Position numbers and translations under genes: made by a program. Below, one piece after another: positions 8,949 to 20,201 of a stretch of DNA of 64,000 nt (the stretch's first letter is position 1; every line of letters starts with the position of its first letter). Source of the stretch: Thecamonas trahens ATCC 50062 (Eukaryota > Protista > Apusomonadida); contig NW_013657640.1 of NCBI RefSeq assembly GCF_000142905.1, positions 274,343 through 338,342 of the forward strand, written 5' to 3'. The notes beneath the pieces are model-generated. The model saw nothing but the letters and a program-made list of their open reading frames with translations, searched no databases and was not told the origin of the DNA.

Positions 8949-10974
8949 ATGTCGTCCATTGTGCAGCGGACGGCCACGCTGTTCCCCGAGCAGGAGCCGC
9001 TTCTTTCCGAGATTGCATCCCTTCGCGAGGCACGGTACGACATGAACTTCTTCCTTGTTACCTTGAGGCTGTGTGTGTGTGTGTGGAGGGGGGTGGGGTG
9101 GGTAGGTATGGCTATAGTTATGGCTATGACTGTGGTTGTGGTGGGGCTGTGGCTGCGGAGCGGTGAGATCGGTGGCCGACCTTCCAACAGGTCGCCGTGG
9201 AGACGACCTCTGCTACCACCACCTCTACCACACGCATGCTATTTCTGCTCTTCTTCTTCTTTGCAGAGCATGTGTACACCTCCTCCCTCCCCCTCCTCCC
9301 TCTTTCCAAACTGTTTTACCTCTTTCCATACCCATGTTAGGCCCCGTGCGGTACGCGGTGTACCAAGTGCCGCCTGTGTGTTTTTTGGGTCGCCCAATGG
9401 GCGCGCCCTCGCCTACCACCAGCTACCCATACGCGGCTAGCCACCCACACCTCAGCCAGCCAGCCCCTTCCAGTGGTGGTGGTGGTGTATGTGTGTTGGT
9501 GGTGGTGGTGGTGGTGGTGGTGGTGGTGGTGGTGGTGGTGGTTGTGGTTGTGGTTGTGGTGGTGGTGGTGGCTGCGACTGACTGTGAGTTGCGGGTATGG
9601 GTATGGGTGTGGGTATGGGCATGGATATCGGTGCGGCTGTGGCTGGTGCGGGTACGGACATGGGTATGGTTTGTGGATGATGGGGTGTGCAGTCTCTATC
9701 ATCAGCTGACCGAGGCACTGGAGACGCTGCTGTCGACGACGGCTGTGGGCACCTCGTCGCATCTGGTGGCGTTCTTCGACGAGTTTATCGCGCCGCTGCT
9801 CAAGTACATCAACGCCAAGAGTTTTGTCAAGTTTGCGGTGCTGGCGTCGCGGCAGAAGGAGACGCCGGAAGAGTCGATGGCGTTCTTGCTGGAGATGTGC
9901 GAGAGCGTGCGCGAGGCGGTGCTGGCGGCCAAGGCTGCGACGTCGCGGAGCGGCGTGGCGGACATGGATGTGGAGGACAACGCTGCCGAGGCGAATGGGG
10001 CCAATAGCAAGGGCGGAATCGAGACTGTGGACATCGGGTCGGGTGCGGCCGGCGATGAGGCGATCTCAGCGGCAGACCTGCTGCCGTCGCCGGAGGACGA
10101 CGCCGAGCTGCTCAAGGCGAGCAAGAAGAAGACGCTGGTGGGTCCGGTGACCGACTACGTCCACGTCTACCTCCTCACCGAGCTGGCGCGGGTCAAGCTC
10201 AAGTCGTCAGTCTCAGAGGCCAAGGCGCTGCTGGAGGAGGTCGGCGAGGTGCTTGACGCCGTGGTCGAGATGGATCCGCTGCTCCATGGGTTCTACTACC
10301 ACATCAAGTCCGAGTACCACCGGATGATGGGCCCGGCAGACGTGTTTTTCCGCTACACCATGCTCTATCTCGCGGTCACGCCGCTCGACGACATCTCGCT
10401 CGACGTCCAGCGCGTGCTCGCCTTTGATCTCGGCCTCTCAGCGCTCATCTCCGAGAAGATCTACAACTTTGGCGAGCTGCTGCAGCACGAGATCCTCTCG
10501 TCGCTCGAGGGTACGCCGCACGCCTGGATGGCGGCCATGCTCGCAGCGTTCAACGCCGGCGACATTGCCGCTTACGAGACGCTCGCCGCCAAGCATGCCA
10601 TCCGCATGAACGCCCAGCCGGTTCTCGTCGTCAACAAGGCGCTACTCTCGGAGAAGCTCGCCATTTGCGCCCTCGTCCAGATCCTGTTCGAGACACCGTC
10701 GGACGCGCGCGTGCTCTCGTTTGACGAGATCGCCGCTGCCACCCGCCTCGACGAGGACCGCGTCGAGCGCGTCCTCATGAAGGCACTCTCCGTCGGCCTC
10801 ATCAAGGGCCGTATCGATGGTATCGACCGCACCGTCTCGGTCTCGTGGGTCGCACCACGCGTCCTCGACCGCGCCGCCCTCGGCACCATGGCCAACTCGC
10901 TCACCGCCTGGGCTGCAAAGGTTGACTCTGCTCTCGACCTCATCGAGCGCGATGCCGGCGAGCTGCTCCAATGA
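8949..10974 (+). CDS. PSMD13: 26S proteasome lid subunit RPN9/PSMD13; join(8949..9034,9693..10974)
   Basis: Exon 1 MSSIVQ...LREA spliced over a GT..AG intron (9035-9692) gives R-LYHQLT. Motifs IYNFGELLQH, KALSVGLIKGRID and WVAPRVL match the PCI-domain RPN9 family. Confidence 0.93.
9472..9572. repeat. (GGT)n / (GGTTGT)n microsatellite inside the RPN9 intron
   Basis: Visible tandem repeat. Confidence 0.85.
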
Positions 10975-11061
10975 AACACACATCTGTCCCCCCCCCCCGC
11001 ATGGACCGCTGCTCGTTGGCGCGCGGCCGCATGTCGTGTTTCACTGTGTTGGCATCGGCGG

Positions 11062-12219
11062 CTACAACACATGGTCGGCAAAGTCGGTATCGTACTCGTC
11101 GTAGTACTCGGGCAGTTCAGACGACTCGGAGTGGCCCTTGCGCTTGCTCTTCTTCTTCTTCTTCTTCTTCTTCTTCTTCTCTCCGTCGTCCGACGAGCTC
11201 GACTCGTCGAGCACCGACGAGTACCTGCCCGACTCGTCATCGTAGCCGTAGTCATCGTCGTAGCTCTCGTCGAGCTTGCAGCACGCGCACGGACACCAGG
11301 CGCACGACCAGAATGTGGCGCACGAGGCCTTGGTGCGATCAGAGCAGCACGCGGTGGTGCACGAGACAAACGAGCGGAAGGCCGAGCTCCAGAACCGCGA
11401 GCACGATGCACCAGTAGCGTAGCAGCCGTTGCGGATGGCGGCGGCGGCACGCTCACAGCATGGGCAGCACCCACACGAGCAGCCGGCAAACGGTGAGACG
11501 CAAAAGTACTCGTCGACATCGTCGTCGTAGCCGTAACAGCAGCACCAGGTGGCGTGCCAGCAGGCGGCGAGGCCGCGCCACGACGCGGTCCAGCACGATG
11601 CCACACCGTCCCACGCCTGCCCACAGCACGCCGATATCCGCTCACCACAGCGCCCGCATCGGCAGGCGCAGCACGCCGGGCACGAGTCGCATGCGCCCGG
11701 GCACGGATTCGTCGGCCGCGAGCACGCGCAGCCGGAGCACTCGGGCGTCCCGCACGAAGCCTCGCCCAGACACGGGCAGCACTCGACCTCTCCCAGATCG
11801 TCCTCGTCGCCGGGACGCACGCCGGCACCATCGACCCCGTAGGAGACCGGCCCAGCCGCCGTGCGCGTTCGCGACGACTTGCGCCGCCGGTGTTTGCGGT
11901 CGATCGGCCCGAACCGGGCCTCGTCGTCGGCGTCCCATTTGGCGGACGACCGGCACGCCAGAATGACGACGAGAGCAAAGAGCGCCACCACCATGGCAGC
12001 TGCCACAGAGATAATCATAATAATCACGTTGCGCTTGGTCTCATCCTCGCCATCGTCCTCGTCCGACATTCCGCCCATGACATCGCCGCCCGTCGTTGTG
12101 TTGAGTAGCGAGCGGGAGACACGGGAGACGGGCACAGCCATCACATTCGACGGCGCCGTTGCCAACAATTGCATTTTTCCACACCAGCCTGCCCAATACG
12201 ACCACTGTCAGACGCCGTT

Positions 12220-12261
<42 letters not shown>

Positions 12262-12398
12262 ACAGCAGCATCATCGTCATCAGCACGGCGGTGACCGTTG
12301 GCAGCAGAGCTGCCGTCAACGAGCAGGCAGAGAACGATAGCCACACTCAGAGCCAACATCAGAACCACTCCGGTCGGTGCCTTGCCTAGCACAGCCAT
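11062..12398 (-). CDS. Type I single-pass membrane protein with a Cys-rich cytoplasmic tail and poly-Lys; apparent frameshift near 12175
   Basis: Signal peptide MAVLGKAPTGVVLMLALSVAIVLCLLVDG (ORF 12141..12527 frame) joins ORF 11062..12174 if one A is added to the GAAAAATG run. TM segment VIIMIISVAAAMVVALFALVVILAC, then many CC/CxC motifs. Confidence 0.65.
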
Positions 12399-12710
12399 GT
12401 CTTGCCTGTCGGTGTGGGAGGGTGGGGTGGGTGAGGGTGAGGGTGGTGAGGGTGTGGGTGCGGTGGGTGGGCGGGAAGGGGGGGGGGGGTGAGGCAGGTG
12501 ACGGAGCGACGACGAGCGAGTGAACAAGCGGTGAATGATGTTTTTTAATGGGTGCGGGTGCGGGAGAGTGTGGGGGAGGGGGAGGGGGGGATTGTTATTG
12601 AAGTGTGGGATGGTGGGTGTGGGTGTGGGTGTGGGTGTGGGTGTGGGTGTGGGTGTGGGTGGGTGGTGCGATGGGGGGCGGGGCGGGCCAGCGGTGGTGT
12701 TGGGGACAAC

Positions 12711-14810
12711 TCACTGGATGACGTTTCCGCCCGAGGCGGTGGGGGCGTCAGAGAAGATGAGATCGTCGGCGTACTGGCGGTATTCTGCAGATGAGGTGGA
12801 GGTCGCGCCGGTCTTGGTGGGGGCGGCAATGACCGATCCGTAGAAAGAAAAGTTGTCAAAGAGGCCATCTGAGTCTTCGGAACGGACCGAGACGTTGGAC
12901 TCATGGATGGAGATGCGGAGAAAGTCGTCATCGATGTTGGAGAGGTCATTGGCGGCGCGGACCGAGGGAATGTAGACCGGCTCGGTCCGCTTGGCAAAGA
13001 CATCATCCCAGTTGAGCGAGGTGAAGAACGCGTGAGTCTTGAGCTCCTCGACGTCGGACGAGCCCGAGCCAAGGCGGGAGGTGGCGTTGCGGTCGAGGAG
13101 GCGAGAGATAAAGTCGCGGCCGGCCTGCGAGATGTCGTGCATGTCGTCAAAGATGAGCGGCTCATTGAGGATGGCGTCGTACACGTCCTGGCGCGACGCG
13201 TTGTCCTTGTTGCGCGGGAACGGCGAGTCGCCAGCCATCATTTCAAAGACCAGGATGCCGAGGGCCCACCAGTCAATCTGGCGGCCGTACGGCTTGCCCT
13301 CTATCATTTCGGGCGCAGTGTACTCGGCGGTTCCGCAGAACGTCGAGGTCTTGGCGTCCGGGTTCTCAAGCTTCTTGACGAGGCCAAAGTCGGTGAGCAC
13401 GATGTGGCCGCCCGAGTCGAGGAGGATGTTCTCGGGCTTGAGGTCGCGGAAGATGATCGATTGTGAGTGGAGGTAGCCGAGGGCGAGCGAGAGCTCGGCG
13501 GTGTACAGCCGGGTCTGCACCTCGGTGAATGGGCCGTACGTCTCGAGAGTGTAGAAGAGCTCGCCGCCATTGCAGTAGTCAAGGACGAGCATGAGCTTGT
13601 CTGCGGTGTGGAAGGCATAGTGGAGCTTGATGACAAACGGGTGGTCCATGATGACCAGGCTCTCCTTTTCGGCCTTGGTGTGCTCGATCTGGATCTTTTT
13701 GCGCAGCTTGCGCCGTGAAATGATCTTCATGGCGTAGTACTTGCTCGTCCCGCGCCGCTTGACGAGAAGGACCTTGGCAAACGCGCCCTGTCCAATGACA
13801 GAGACCTGCTTAAAGTCCTCGATCTTTGTCCGCTCCGACTTGTCGCGCACAACCTTTCCTGCCGACGTCGTCAACGTGATCTCGGAAATCTTCTCGGTCC
13901 GTGAAATGTGCATGAGGTCGTCCATGTCCGCCGGCACGGTGTCGGGTGACGATGGCTCGGCAACCTCGACCTGTGCCTCTGTGTTGTTCCGCGCCGCAAG
14001 GTTGCGGAGATTGGAGCCTGACTGGGCCGAGCCAGCCATGAGGTGGTTCGACCGGATCGACGGCGACGGTGCCGAGGAGCCTGAGCGGCGCCCGGCGGCA
14101 GCACTTCCGACTCGAGTGATCAGGTCCATCCACTTGGCACTCTCCTTCGAGTTGCGCGCCGCCAGCCAGAGGTCGCGCTTGGGCGTCCGCAGGATGAACG
14201 CCCACTTGCGTCCGCCCTCAGACTCGGCAAGCTCGTGGACCGACGCTGTCGCCAGGCGGATCTTATCCTGGGCCTCGTGGTAGTTGATGCCTGTCTCCTG
14301 CTCGGGCTGCCGCGACCGAAACGTGTACAGCGTGGCATTGGGCAGGCGGATGTGGACCCACTTGGACTTCCACACTCGGCGCTCGGCTCCGTACCGCGAG
14401 AGGAAGCCCGAGAGCTCCGACGCCGGCAGCTCCTCCACCGGCGTCGACACAAACTCCTTGATCAGCGCTGTGTCGTACAAGGTTGAAGCCGGCGGCAGCT
14501 CCTCGTCCTTTCGCCGCTTCTCCTTAGACTTGGACTTGTCCTTGGCCTTACCACGCTCGCGCTTGCTCGACGTCGCCTTATCCTTGGCCTTCTCCTTATC
14601 CTTGGCCTTGGACTTTTCCTTGTCCTTGGCCTTGGACTTTTCCTTGTCCTTGGCCTTGGACTTTTCCTTGTCCTTGTCCTTGGCCTTGGACCTGTCCTTG
14701 TCCTTGGCCTTGGACTTGGCCTTGTCCTTGTCCTTGGTCTTGGACTTGGACTTGTCCTTGTCTTTGTCCTTGGCCTTTGGCCGTCCTGCCATATCCGATG
14801 ACTTTGGCAT
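12711..14810 (-). CDS. PH-domain AGC Ser/Thr kinase (Akt/PKB-SGK-like) with Lys/Asp-rich N-terminal repeats
   Basis: PH domain (WKSKWVHI...KWAFILRTPKRDLWLAA...WMDLI). Kinase motifs GQGAFAKV, YAMK, FRDLKPEN, DFG, TFCGTAEYTAPE, and C-terminal hydrophobic motif FDNFSF. Confidence 0.92.
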   Translation of the reverse strand: MPKSSDMAGRPKAKDKDKDKSKSKTKDKDKAKSKAKDKDRSKAKDKDKEKSKAKDKEKSKAKDKEKSKAKDKEKAKDKATSSKRERGKAKDKSKSKEKRRKDEELPPASTLYDTALIKEFVSTPVEELPASELSGFLSRYGAERRVWKSKWVHIRLPNATLYTFRSRQPEQETGINYHEAQDKIRLATASVHELAESEGGRKWAFILRTPKRDLWLAARNSKESAKWMDLITRVGSAAAGRRSGSSAPSPSIRSNHLMAGSAQSGSNLRNLAARNNTEAQVEVAEPSSPDTVPADMDDLMHISRTEKISEITLTTSAGKVVRDKSERTKIEDFKQVSVIGQGAFAKVLLVKRRGTSKYYAMKIISRRKLRKKIQIEHTKAEKESLVIMDHPFVIKLHYAFHTADKLMLVLDYCNGGELFYTLETYGPFTEVQTRLYTAELSLALGYLHSQSIIFRDLKPENILLDSGGHIVLTDFGLVKKLENPDAKTSTFCGTAEYTAPEMIEGKPYGRQIDWWALGILVFEMMAGDSPFPRNKDNASRQDVYDAILNEPLIFDDMHDISQAGRDFISRLLDRNATSRLGSGSSDVEELKTHAFFTSLNWDDVFAKRTEPVYIPSVRAANDLSNIDDDFLRISIHESNVSVRSEDSDGLFDNFSFYGSVIAAPTKTGATSTSSAEYRQYADDLIFSDAPTASGGNVIQ

Positions 14811-14894
14811 GCCTCTCAGCCGTCCACTCTCGTCTCCTTCTCGCTGCCTGTTGGTATCCGTGCTGTGAGTCAACCAGCCATGTGTATGCATTGT

Positions 14895-15034
14895 TCGTGG
14901 TCGTGATCGTGGCCGTGATCGTGATCGTGGTCGTGGTCGTGATCGTGGCCGTGGCCGTGATCGTGATCGTGATCGTGATTGTGATCGTGATTGTGATTGT
15001 GATTGTGATCGTGATCGTGATCGTGATCGTGATC
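14895..15034. repeat. (GTGATC/GTGATT)n hexanucleotide repeat upstream of the kinase
   Basis: Visible tandem repeat. Confidence 0.85.
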
Positions 15035-15363
15035 ACCCACCCTTGCGACCACAGAGAAAGCCAGGGAGGACAAGGATAGGGCAAGGACAGAGGGAAGATA
15101 GAGACGGAGGGAGAGAGAAAGAAGGAGAGAGGGAGAGGGAGAGGGAGAGGGAGAGGGAGGGGGAGGGGGAGGGGGGAGGGGGAGGCGGCGGGGTGGCGGG
15201 GTGGCTATGGCACAGGCGGCGGTCTTGTTCGCTGCGGTTTTGACCTGGCAGGACACCGGGCTCGTGGTCGACGGCGACTTCCTTCGCTGTCTTTCCTCCC
15301 TCCCCCCCCCCCCAAAACGAGGGAAACACAACACCGTCGACGAGCCCTCTTGGGCCCCCGCAC

Positions 15364-15463
15364 NNNNNNNNNNNNNNNNNNNNNNNNNNNNNNNNNNNNN
15401 NNNNNNNNNNNNNNNNNNNNNNNNNNNNNNNNNNNNNNNNNNNNNNNNNNNNNNNNNNNNNNN
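15364..15463. other. Assembly gap (100 N)
   Basis: N run next to a poly-C tract. Confidence 1.
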
Positions 15464-16096
15464 CCCCCCCCCCCCCCCCCCCTCTACCACCACCCAAGCA
15501 GAGCCTCTTCTAAAACCACACCCACAGTATGCCACCGCATCACCCGTTCCTCACTGTGTTCTTCGCCATTTGCTGCAGTGACAGCCCCTTTTCCCCCTCC
15601 TCCTTCCCCCCCCCCCCCTCCCCTCCCCAGTAGCTGTTCCTTTATGCGGAACGACTAGCGGCTTGGCCAGGCTGCGGACGCCAATGGGTGGGAATGGGTC
15701 AGGGGCCAGGGGGGGGGGGGGGAAGGGGGAAGGGGAACGGAAGGGAGAGGGGGGGGGGGCGAAGGGAGTATGTAGCTATGGTAAACGTACAGATACTGGA
15801 AGAGAGAGAGGGGGATAGGTGGGTGTGGGTGTGAGTACGGGGGTGGGCTTGGAGGGGGAGGGCGTGAGAGTCAAGGCTGCGAATGACTGTAGTGGGTGGA
15901 AGAATGGGAGGAGGGGAGGGGACGGGAGGGGGGGTGGGGGGTGACAGAAGTTTTTTTTTGTTTTTTTTTTCTGATTAGTTGGCAGCTACGGGTGACTACG
16001 TTGCGCAACGATGAGGGGGAACCACCCAACGGCTCGAGAGCTGGTGAGGAAGCGTGTCGACGGTGGGTGGCCATACTCCACGCCAAAGACAACAGA

Positions 16097-17002
16097 ATGT
16101 CGAGTGGAAGCCTCAACGGAACGCTCGAGATTACGGTTCATGCGGGGCGAGGGCTGATTGTGGCGGACTCGAGCTCGAGCGATCCGTATGTGGTGGTTCG
16201 TGCCGGCGGGCACAAGTTCAAGACGCCGACGGTCAAAGCGAGCTTGGAGCCGGTGTGGGAAGACGCGCGGGCGACGATTGGTCCGTTTTCTGCAGTTGAT
16301 GAGGTGGAGATCCTGGTGTTTGACTGGGATCGGTTCGGGTCGAACGATGCGATGGGGTCGGCCAAGGTGAGCGGCGAGGAGCTCGTGTCCGAGGCCGAGT
16401 TCGACGCCTGGCTCGCGCTCGATCTTCCGGCCGACTACGACGGCGATGCCGACTCGGCGGGCGAGGTCCATGTCACGCTCAAGTTTACGGCGACGGTGGT
16501 GCCCGAGGACGAGATCCCGGTCGAGCTTCCGATCCTGGCCCAGGGCGAGAGTGCACCGCGGAGCCCCGATGAGGATGGCGAGCTCTTCCACGGGCCGCTC
16601 AAGCTCAAGATGATGCAGACGATGCTCAACGGCATCAATCTCCCGTTCCTCAACCATGAGCAGGAGAAGAAGCTCTACTACACGCTTATGTCTGCCGTCG
16701 GGCGCTTGATCCCCATGACAGCCCTCTCTTACGTCGTCCATCTCCCGTCTAAGATCGCCGACGACCTCGTGCCTAACATCTTTTCCGCCGAGCTCAAGAC
16801 CAGCGTCGTCTCCTCGTTCAACAAGATGTTTGACATCCCGTTTGTCGGCGAGGAGACCGAGCGCAAGATGTTTGCCAACGCGTACATCGCCGCAAAGGGC
16901 ATTGTCCGGACAGACCCGGCCATCTTCTCGTGGTTCGTCGACTCGGTCAAGCACGTCTACAACGTCCGCCTCGGACGCGGAGAGGTCGATCCCAACGCGT
17001 AG
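16097..17002 (+). CDS. C2-domain protein with an uncharacterised C-terminal duplicated motif
   Basis: LEITVHAGRGL...SSDPYVVV...KTPTVKASLEPVW...VFDWDRFGSNDAMG; the Ca-binding Asp residues are retained. Confidence 0.88.
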   Translation: MSSGSLNGTLEITVHAGRGLIVADSSSSDPYVVVRAGGHKFKTPTVKASLEPVWEDARATIGPFSAVDEVEILVFDWDRFGSNDAMGSAKVSGEELVSEAEFDAWLALDLPADYDGDADSAGEVHVTLKFTATVVPEDEIPVELPILAQGESAPRSPDEDGELFHGPLKLKMMQTMLNGINLPFLNHEQEKKLYYTLMSAVGRLIPMTALSYVVHLPSKIADDLVPNIFSAELKTSVVSSFNKMFDIPFVGEETERKMFANAYIAAKGIVRTDPAIFSWFVDSVKHVYNVRLGRGEVDPNA

Positions 17003-17050
17003 GCAGCAACCAGTCGAGTCAGCAAGAACCTAGTGCTTACGCATCACACA

Positions 17051-18031
17051 TCAAACATCAAACACCACAGCACGCCGCTCAAAGATAGGCGGCGCTGGAC
17101 GCCGCGGGACTGGACGGCTCCGCGACGACGGCGGGACAATGCGCGACCGCGCCGACGCGACGACAAACCGCTGGTATGGGCTCAGCGTGGCCTTACGGTG
17201 CATCGTGGCATGAACAAGATCGTGGCGGAGTCGCGCAGCCTGCCCGGCAGCAATGGCGGCAGACTGTGTCCGCGTCCGTCGTGCGGCGTGCAGCGAGGCC
17301 GCGGCTCCGGCGCTGTCAAAGATGGCAGCCGGCCGCGGCGTGTGCCGGAGCGCGGCGCGATCGCTTGCTGACAGCGCGCGATCGAGGACGAGATCGTGCC
17401 CGGCAGGCGCATAACCAAGTGGCGGCGGCGGGAGCGGCGCCGATGGCGGCGGACTGGCAATGACACGCGGCGGGCTGGCGGGCTGGCCATCCATCGGCGC
17501 AACCACCGCCGTCCGCCTCAGTGGCGGCACCTGGCGGCGAGATGTGTGCCGAGCGGATGAAGGACTGAGGTGGCGGGCGGAGCAGGTGCCATCAGCATTG
17601 GCCGCAGCAAAGAGCCCCACAGGACGAAGCGCCGGAGCAGGAGGCATGTGCTCAAGGCGAGTGTGCTCGACCGTCCCGGCCTCCAGATTGTCAAGCGCCA
17701 TCTCGAGCGACTCGGCCAGGGCAGCGTTCTCAGCCTCGAGGGCGGCAGCATCGATAGAAGTGGCTTGCGGCGAGGGGCGCCAAGGCAATGGCGGCGTGAG
17801 AAGCGATGAATGGACGAGTGAGAGCGGGATAAAGCCAAGCTCTGCAGCAGAGGCGAGGGCATGGAGCGCCGGAGCGGCAAGCGAGGCATTGAGCGACGAG
17901 TCGAGGGCGTCGAGCATGGGCGAGAGGAGCGACTCGAGGAGGACGAGGTCATCAGGCTCAAGACCAGGTGTCTGGGTTGCGGTCACAAGGTGGGCTGTGA
18001 GCGCGTCCACTGCCGCACGGAGCGCCTCCAT
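17051..18031 (-). CDS. Hypothetical protein (short coiled coil, basic C-terminus)
   Basis: Within ORF 17051..18349. Likely start MEALRAAVDAL after a C-rich leader. Codon usage resembles neighbouring genes. Confidence 0.55.
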   Translation of the reverse strand: MEALRAAVDALTAHLVTATQTPGLEPDDLVLLESLLSPMLDALDSSLNASLAAPALHALASAAELGFIPLSLVHSSLLTPPLPWRPSPQATSIDAAALEAENAALAESLEMALDNLEAGTVEHTRLEHMPPAPALRPVGLFAAANADGTCSARHLSPSSARHTSRRQVPPLRRTAVVAPMDGQPASPPRVIASPPPSAPLPPPPLGYAPAGHDLVLDRALSASDRAALRHTPRPAAIFDSAGAAASLHAARRTRTQSAAIAAGQAARLRHDLVHATMHRKATLSPYQRFVVASARSRIVPPSSRSRPVPRRPAPPIFERRAVVFDV

Positions 18032-18332
18032 GGAGAGGCGGGGGGGGGGGGGTGCGAGGAGTGTGAGCGAGTGAGGTGTGGCAGTTGGCGAGGTTTCTCT
18101 CGATTGTTCATTGCAGGCAGAGGGGGGGTTCTTGAGAAAGAACCATGGGTAAAGGGGGGTGGGTGCCTCCCTTGGAAGCCGGAAGCGCATGCGCACACGC
18201 ACAGCGCTTTTGGCCGGCTCCTGCACCCTCTCCTGGACTGGCTGACGAGGGAACAGAGTGCGGACGAACGAGAGTACAAGGAAGGGGGGGGGGGGGGGCG
18301 CCCGGCTCCCAAAGGGAAAGACAAAGAGGCGC

Positions 18333-19025
18333 TTACGCGCGCTCGCCACGAATGCGCCGGGCCAGGGAGAGGTCCTTGACCATGATGGTCACACGCTTGG
18401 CATGGATCTGTGGGTGCAGGCGGGTGAGTAGCGTGGTAGTGGCGTGGTAGGGCGGGTGGGGGGTGGGGGGTGATCAATAAAAATTGTATAGCCAATGGCA
18501 GAAAGTCCGCCACCTCTGGCTCGTTTTCGTCGGTGGCCGCAGACAAAGCGACCACTTTGGGCGGTGGCAAACGGCGGCGGGTTTGGCGAGCGGGAAAGAC
18601 GGGCGAAAAAAGGTTTGGAACACACGGGAGCGAAGCGGGGAGGGGGGGAACACAGGAGGGAGAGGGGACGGGTGGGGGCGACGTACGGCGCAGAGGTTGG
18701 TGTCCTCAAAGATGGAAACAAGGTAGGCCTCGGTAGCCTCCTGGAGGGCGGCAATGGCGGAGGACTGGAAGCGCAGATCGGCCTTGAACTCCTGGGCGAG
18801 CTCACGGACAAGGCGCTGGAAGGGCAGGCGCCGGATGAGGAGCTCGGTCGACTTCTGGTACTTCCGGATCTCACGGAGGGCGACGGTACCCGGGCGGTAG
18901 CGGTGGGCCTTCTTGACGCCGCCGGTGGCCGGCGCCGACTTGCGGGCGGCCTTGGTGGCGAGCGACTTGCGCGGTGCCTTGGCACCGGTGGCGGACTTGC
19001 GGGCGGTCTGCTTGGTACGAGCCAT
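18333..19025 (-). CDS. H3: Histone H3 variant, 137 aa; complement(join(18333..18407,18687..19025))
   Basis: [32 protein letters not shown]...EDTNLCA, GT-AG intron 18408-18686, then [24 protein letters not shown]. Confidence 0.96.
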
Positions 19026-19437
19026 GTTTCTCGAGAAAAGTGTGACGACTGTATTCTGCGACGTCGCTGGTCGCCACCAGCGCCAAGTCGCCAACCGCTT
19101 TGCGCAAATGTGCCAATTTTTGTCCACACGACCACGCCGACGCGGCCCACTCTTATCCGGCGCCTGGTTCGCGCCGTACGTGGTGTAGAGGCCCCCCTGA
19201 TGGTGGTAGGGGGCTGGAGAAGAGCGTCGATGAGGTTGTAGGCGTGGGGAATTGTTTGATGGTAGTGTAGATGGGGCAGACGGGCGTGCGTGATAGAGGT
19301 GCCGGGCAGACGCTCGACGTTCAACTGGCTTCCACCACTTTAGCTCGGATGGAAGGCCGGATGGATGACGGTGTTCGATCTGGTTCGACGGCTTCAATTG
19401 GCAGAACCAAGGGGGTGGGGAGTTGCTCGGGTGAACA

Positions 19438-20106
19438 TCACGAGTCGAGCCAGAGCGCATCGGCAGAAGCAGCCGCGCCTACAGCGTGGGCAACGGCAGC
19501 GGCAATGTCTGCGACGGGAGCCATGGCGCCGACGCCAGTGTCGCCGCAAGCGAGGAGCTTTGAGACGGGCGCGATGGTGAGGATGCCCCAAGACTCGATG
19601 GTGGCCATGTGTGTGGCGGTGACTGGGTGCTTCCACATGGCGGTGTTCATGGCCGGAGCCACAACCATGAGCTTCTCCGACTGAGCCATGTCCCATGCCC
19701 GTGCCACGCAGGTGAGCAAGTTGTCGGCGAGGCCGAGGGCGAGCTTGGCGAGCGAGTTGGCCGAGAGCGGCGCAATGACAAAGATATCGGCCCACTTGCG
19801 GAGCTCGATGTGGACGACCGGGTCGCCCTTGCCTCGCCACGCCGACCACTCGAGCTCGTCCGGCACAAAGACGACGCCCTCGGGAAGTTGGTCAACGTCG
19901 ACAAAGTGTTGCGCGGCTGCGGTTGCCACCACGGCAATGACCGCATCCTCGCCTACAGCCCCGCGCGTCGCCCTCATCAGCTCGTAGGCTTTGATCGTCG
20001 CCACAGAGCCGGTGAGCCCAATGAGGACGTGGTACTTGCCATCGTTTGCATCCAGTCTACTCAGCGGATCCATGTACTCGCTCGGGCTTTCATCGGCAAG
20101 CGCCAT
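19438..20106 (-). CDS. PPCDC: Phosphopantothenoylcysteine decarboxylase (HFCD flavoprotein)
   Basis: Motifs [37 protein letters not shown] and [11 protein letters not shown]; catalytic His and Cys are present. Confidence 0.93.
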   Translation of the reverse strand: MALADESPSEYMDPLSRLDANDGKYHVLIGLTGSVATIKAYELMRATRGAVGEDAVIAVVATAAAQHFVDVDQLPEGVVFVPDELEWSAWRGKGDPVVHIELRKWADIFVIAPLSANSLAKLALGLADNLLTCVARAWDMAQSEKLMVVAPAMNTAMWKHPVTATHMATIESWGILTIAPVSKLLACGDTGVGAMAPVADIAAAVAHAVGAAASADALWLDS

Positions 20107-20201
20107 CGTACTCGTACGCGCTATGGCTGTGGAGGGCCGAGACGAGTGTGGCAAGGCTGCTCTGCCTGCTTTACGCCATCCGATCAGGCGAGTGGAGCCC
20201 A

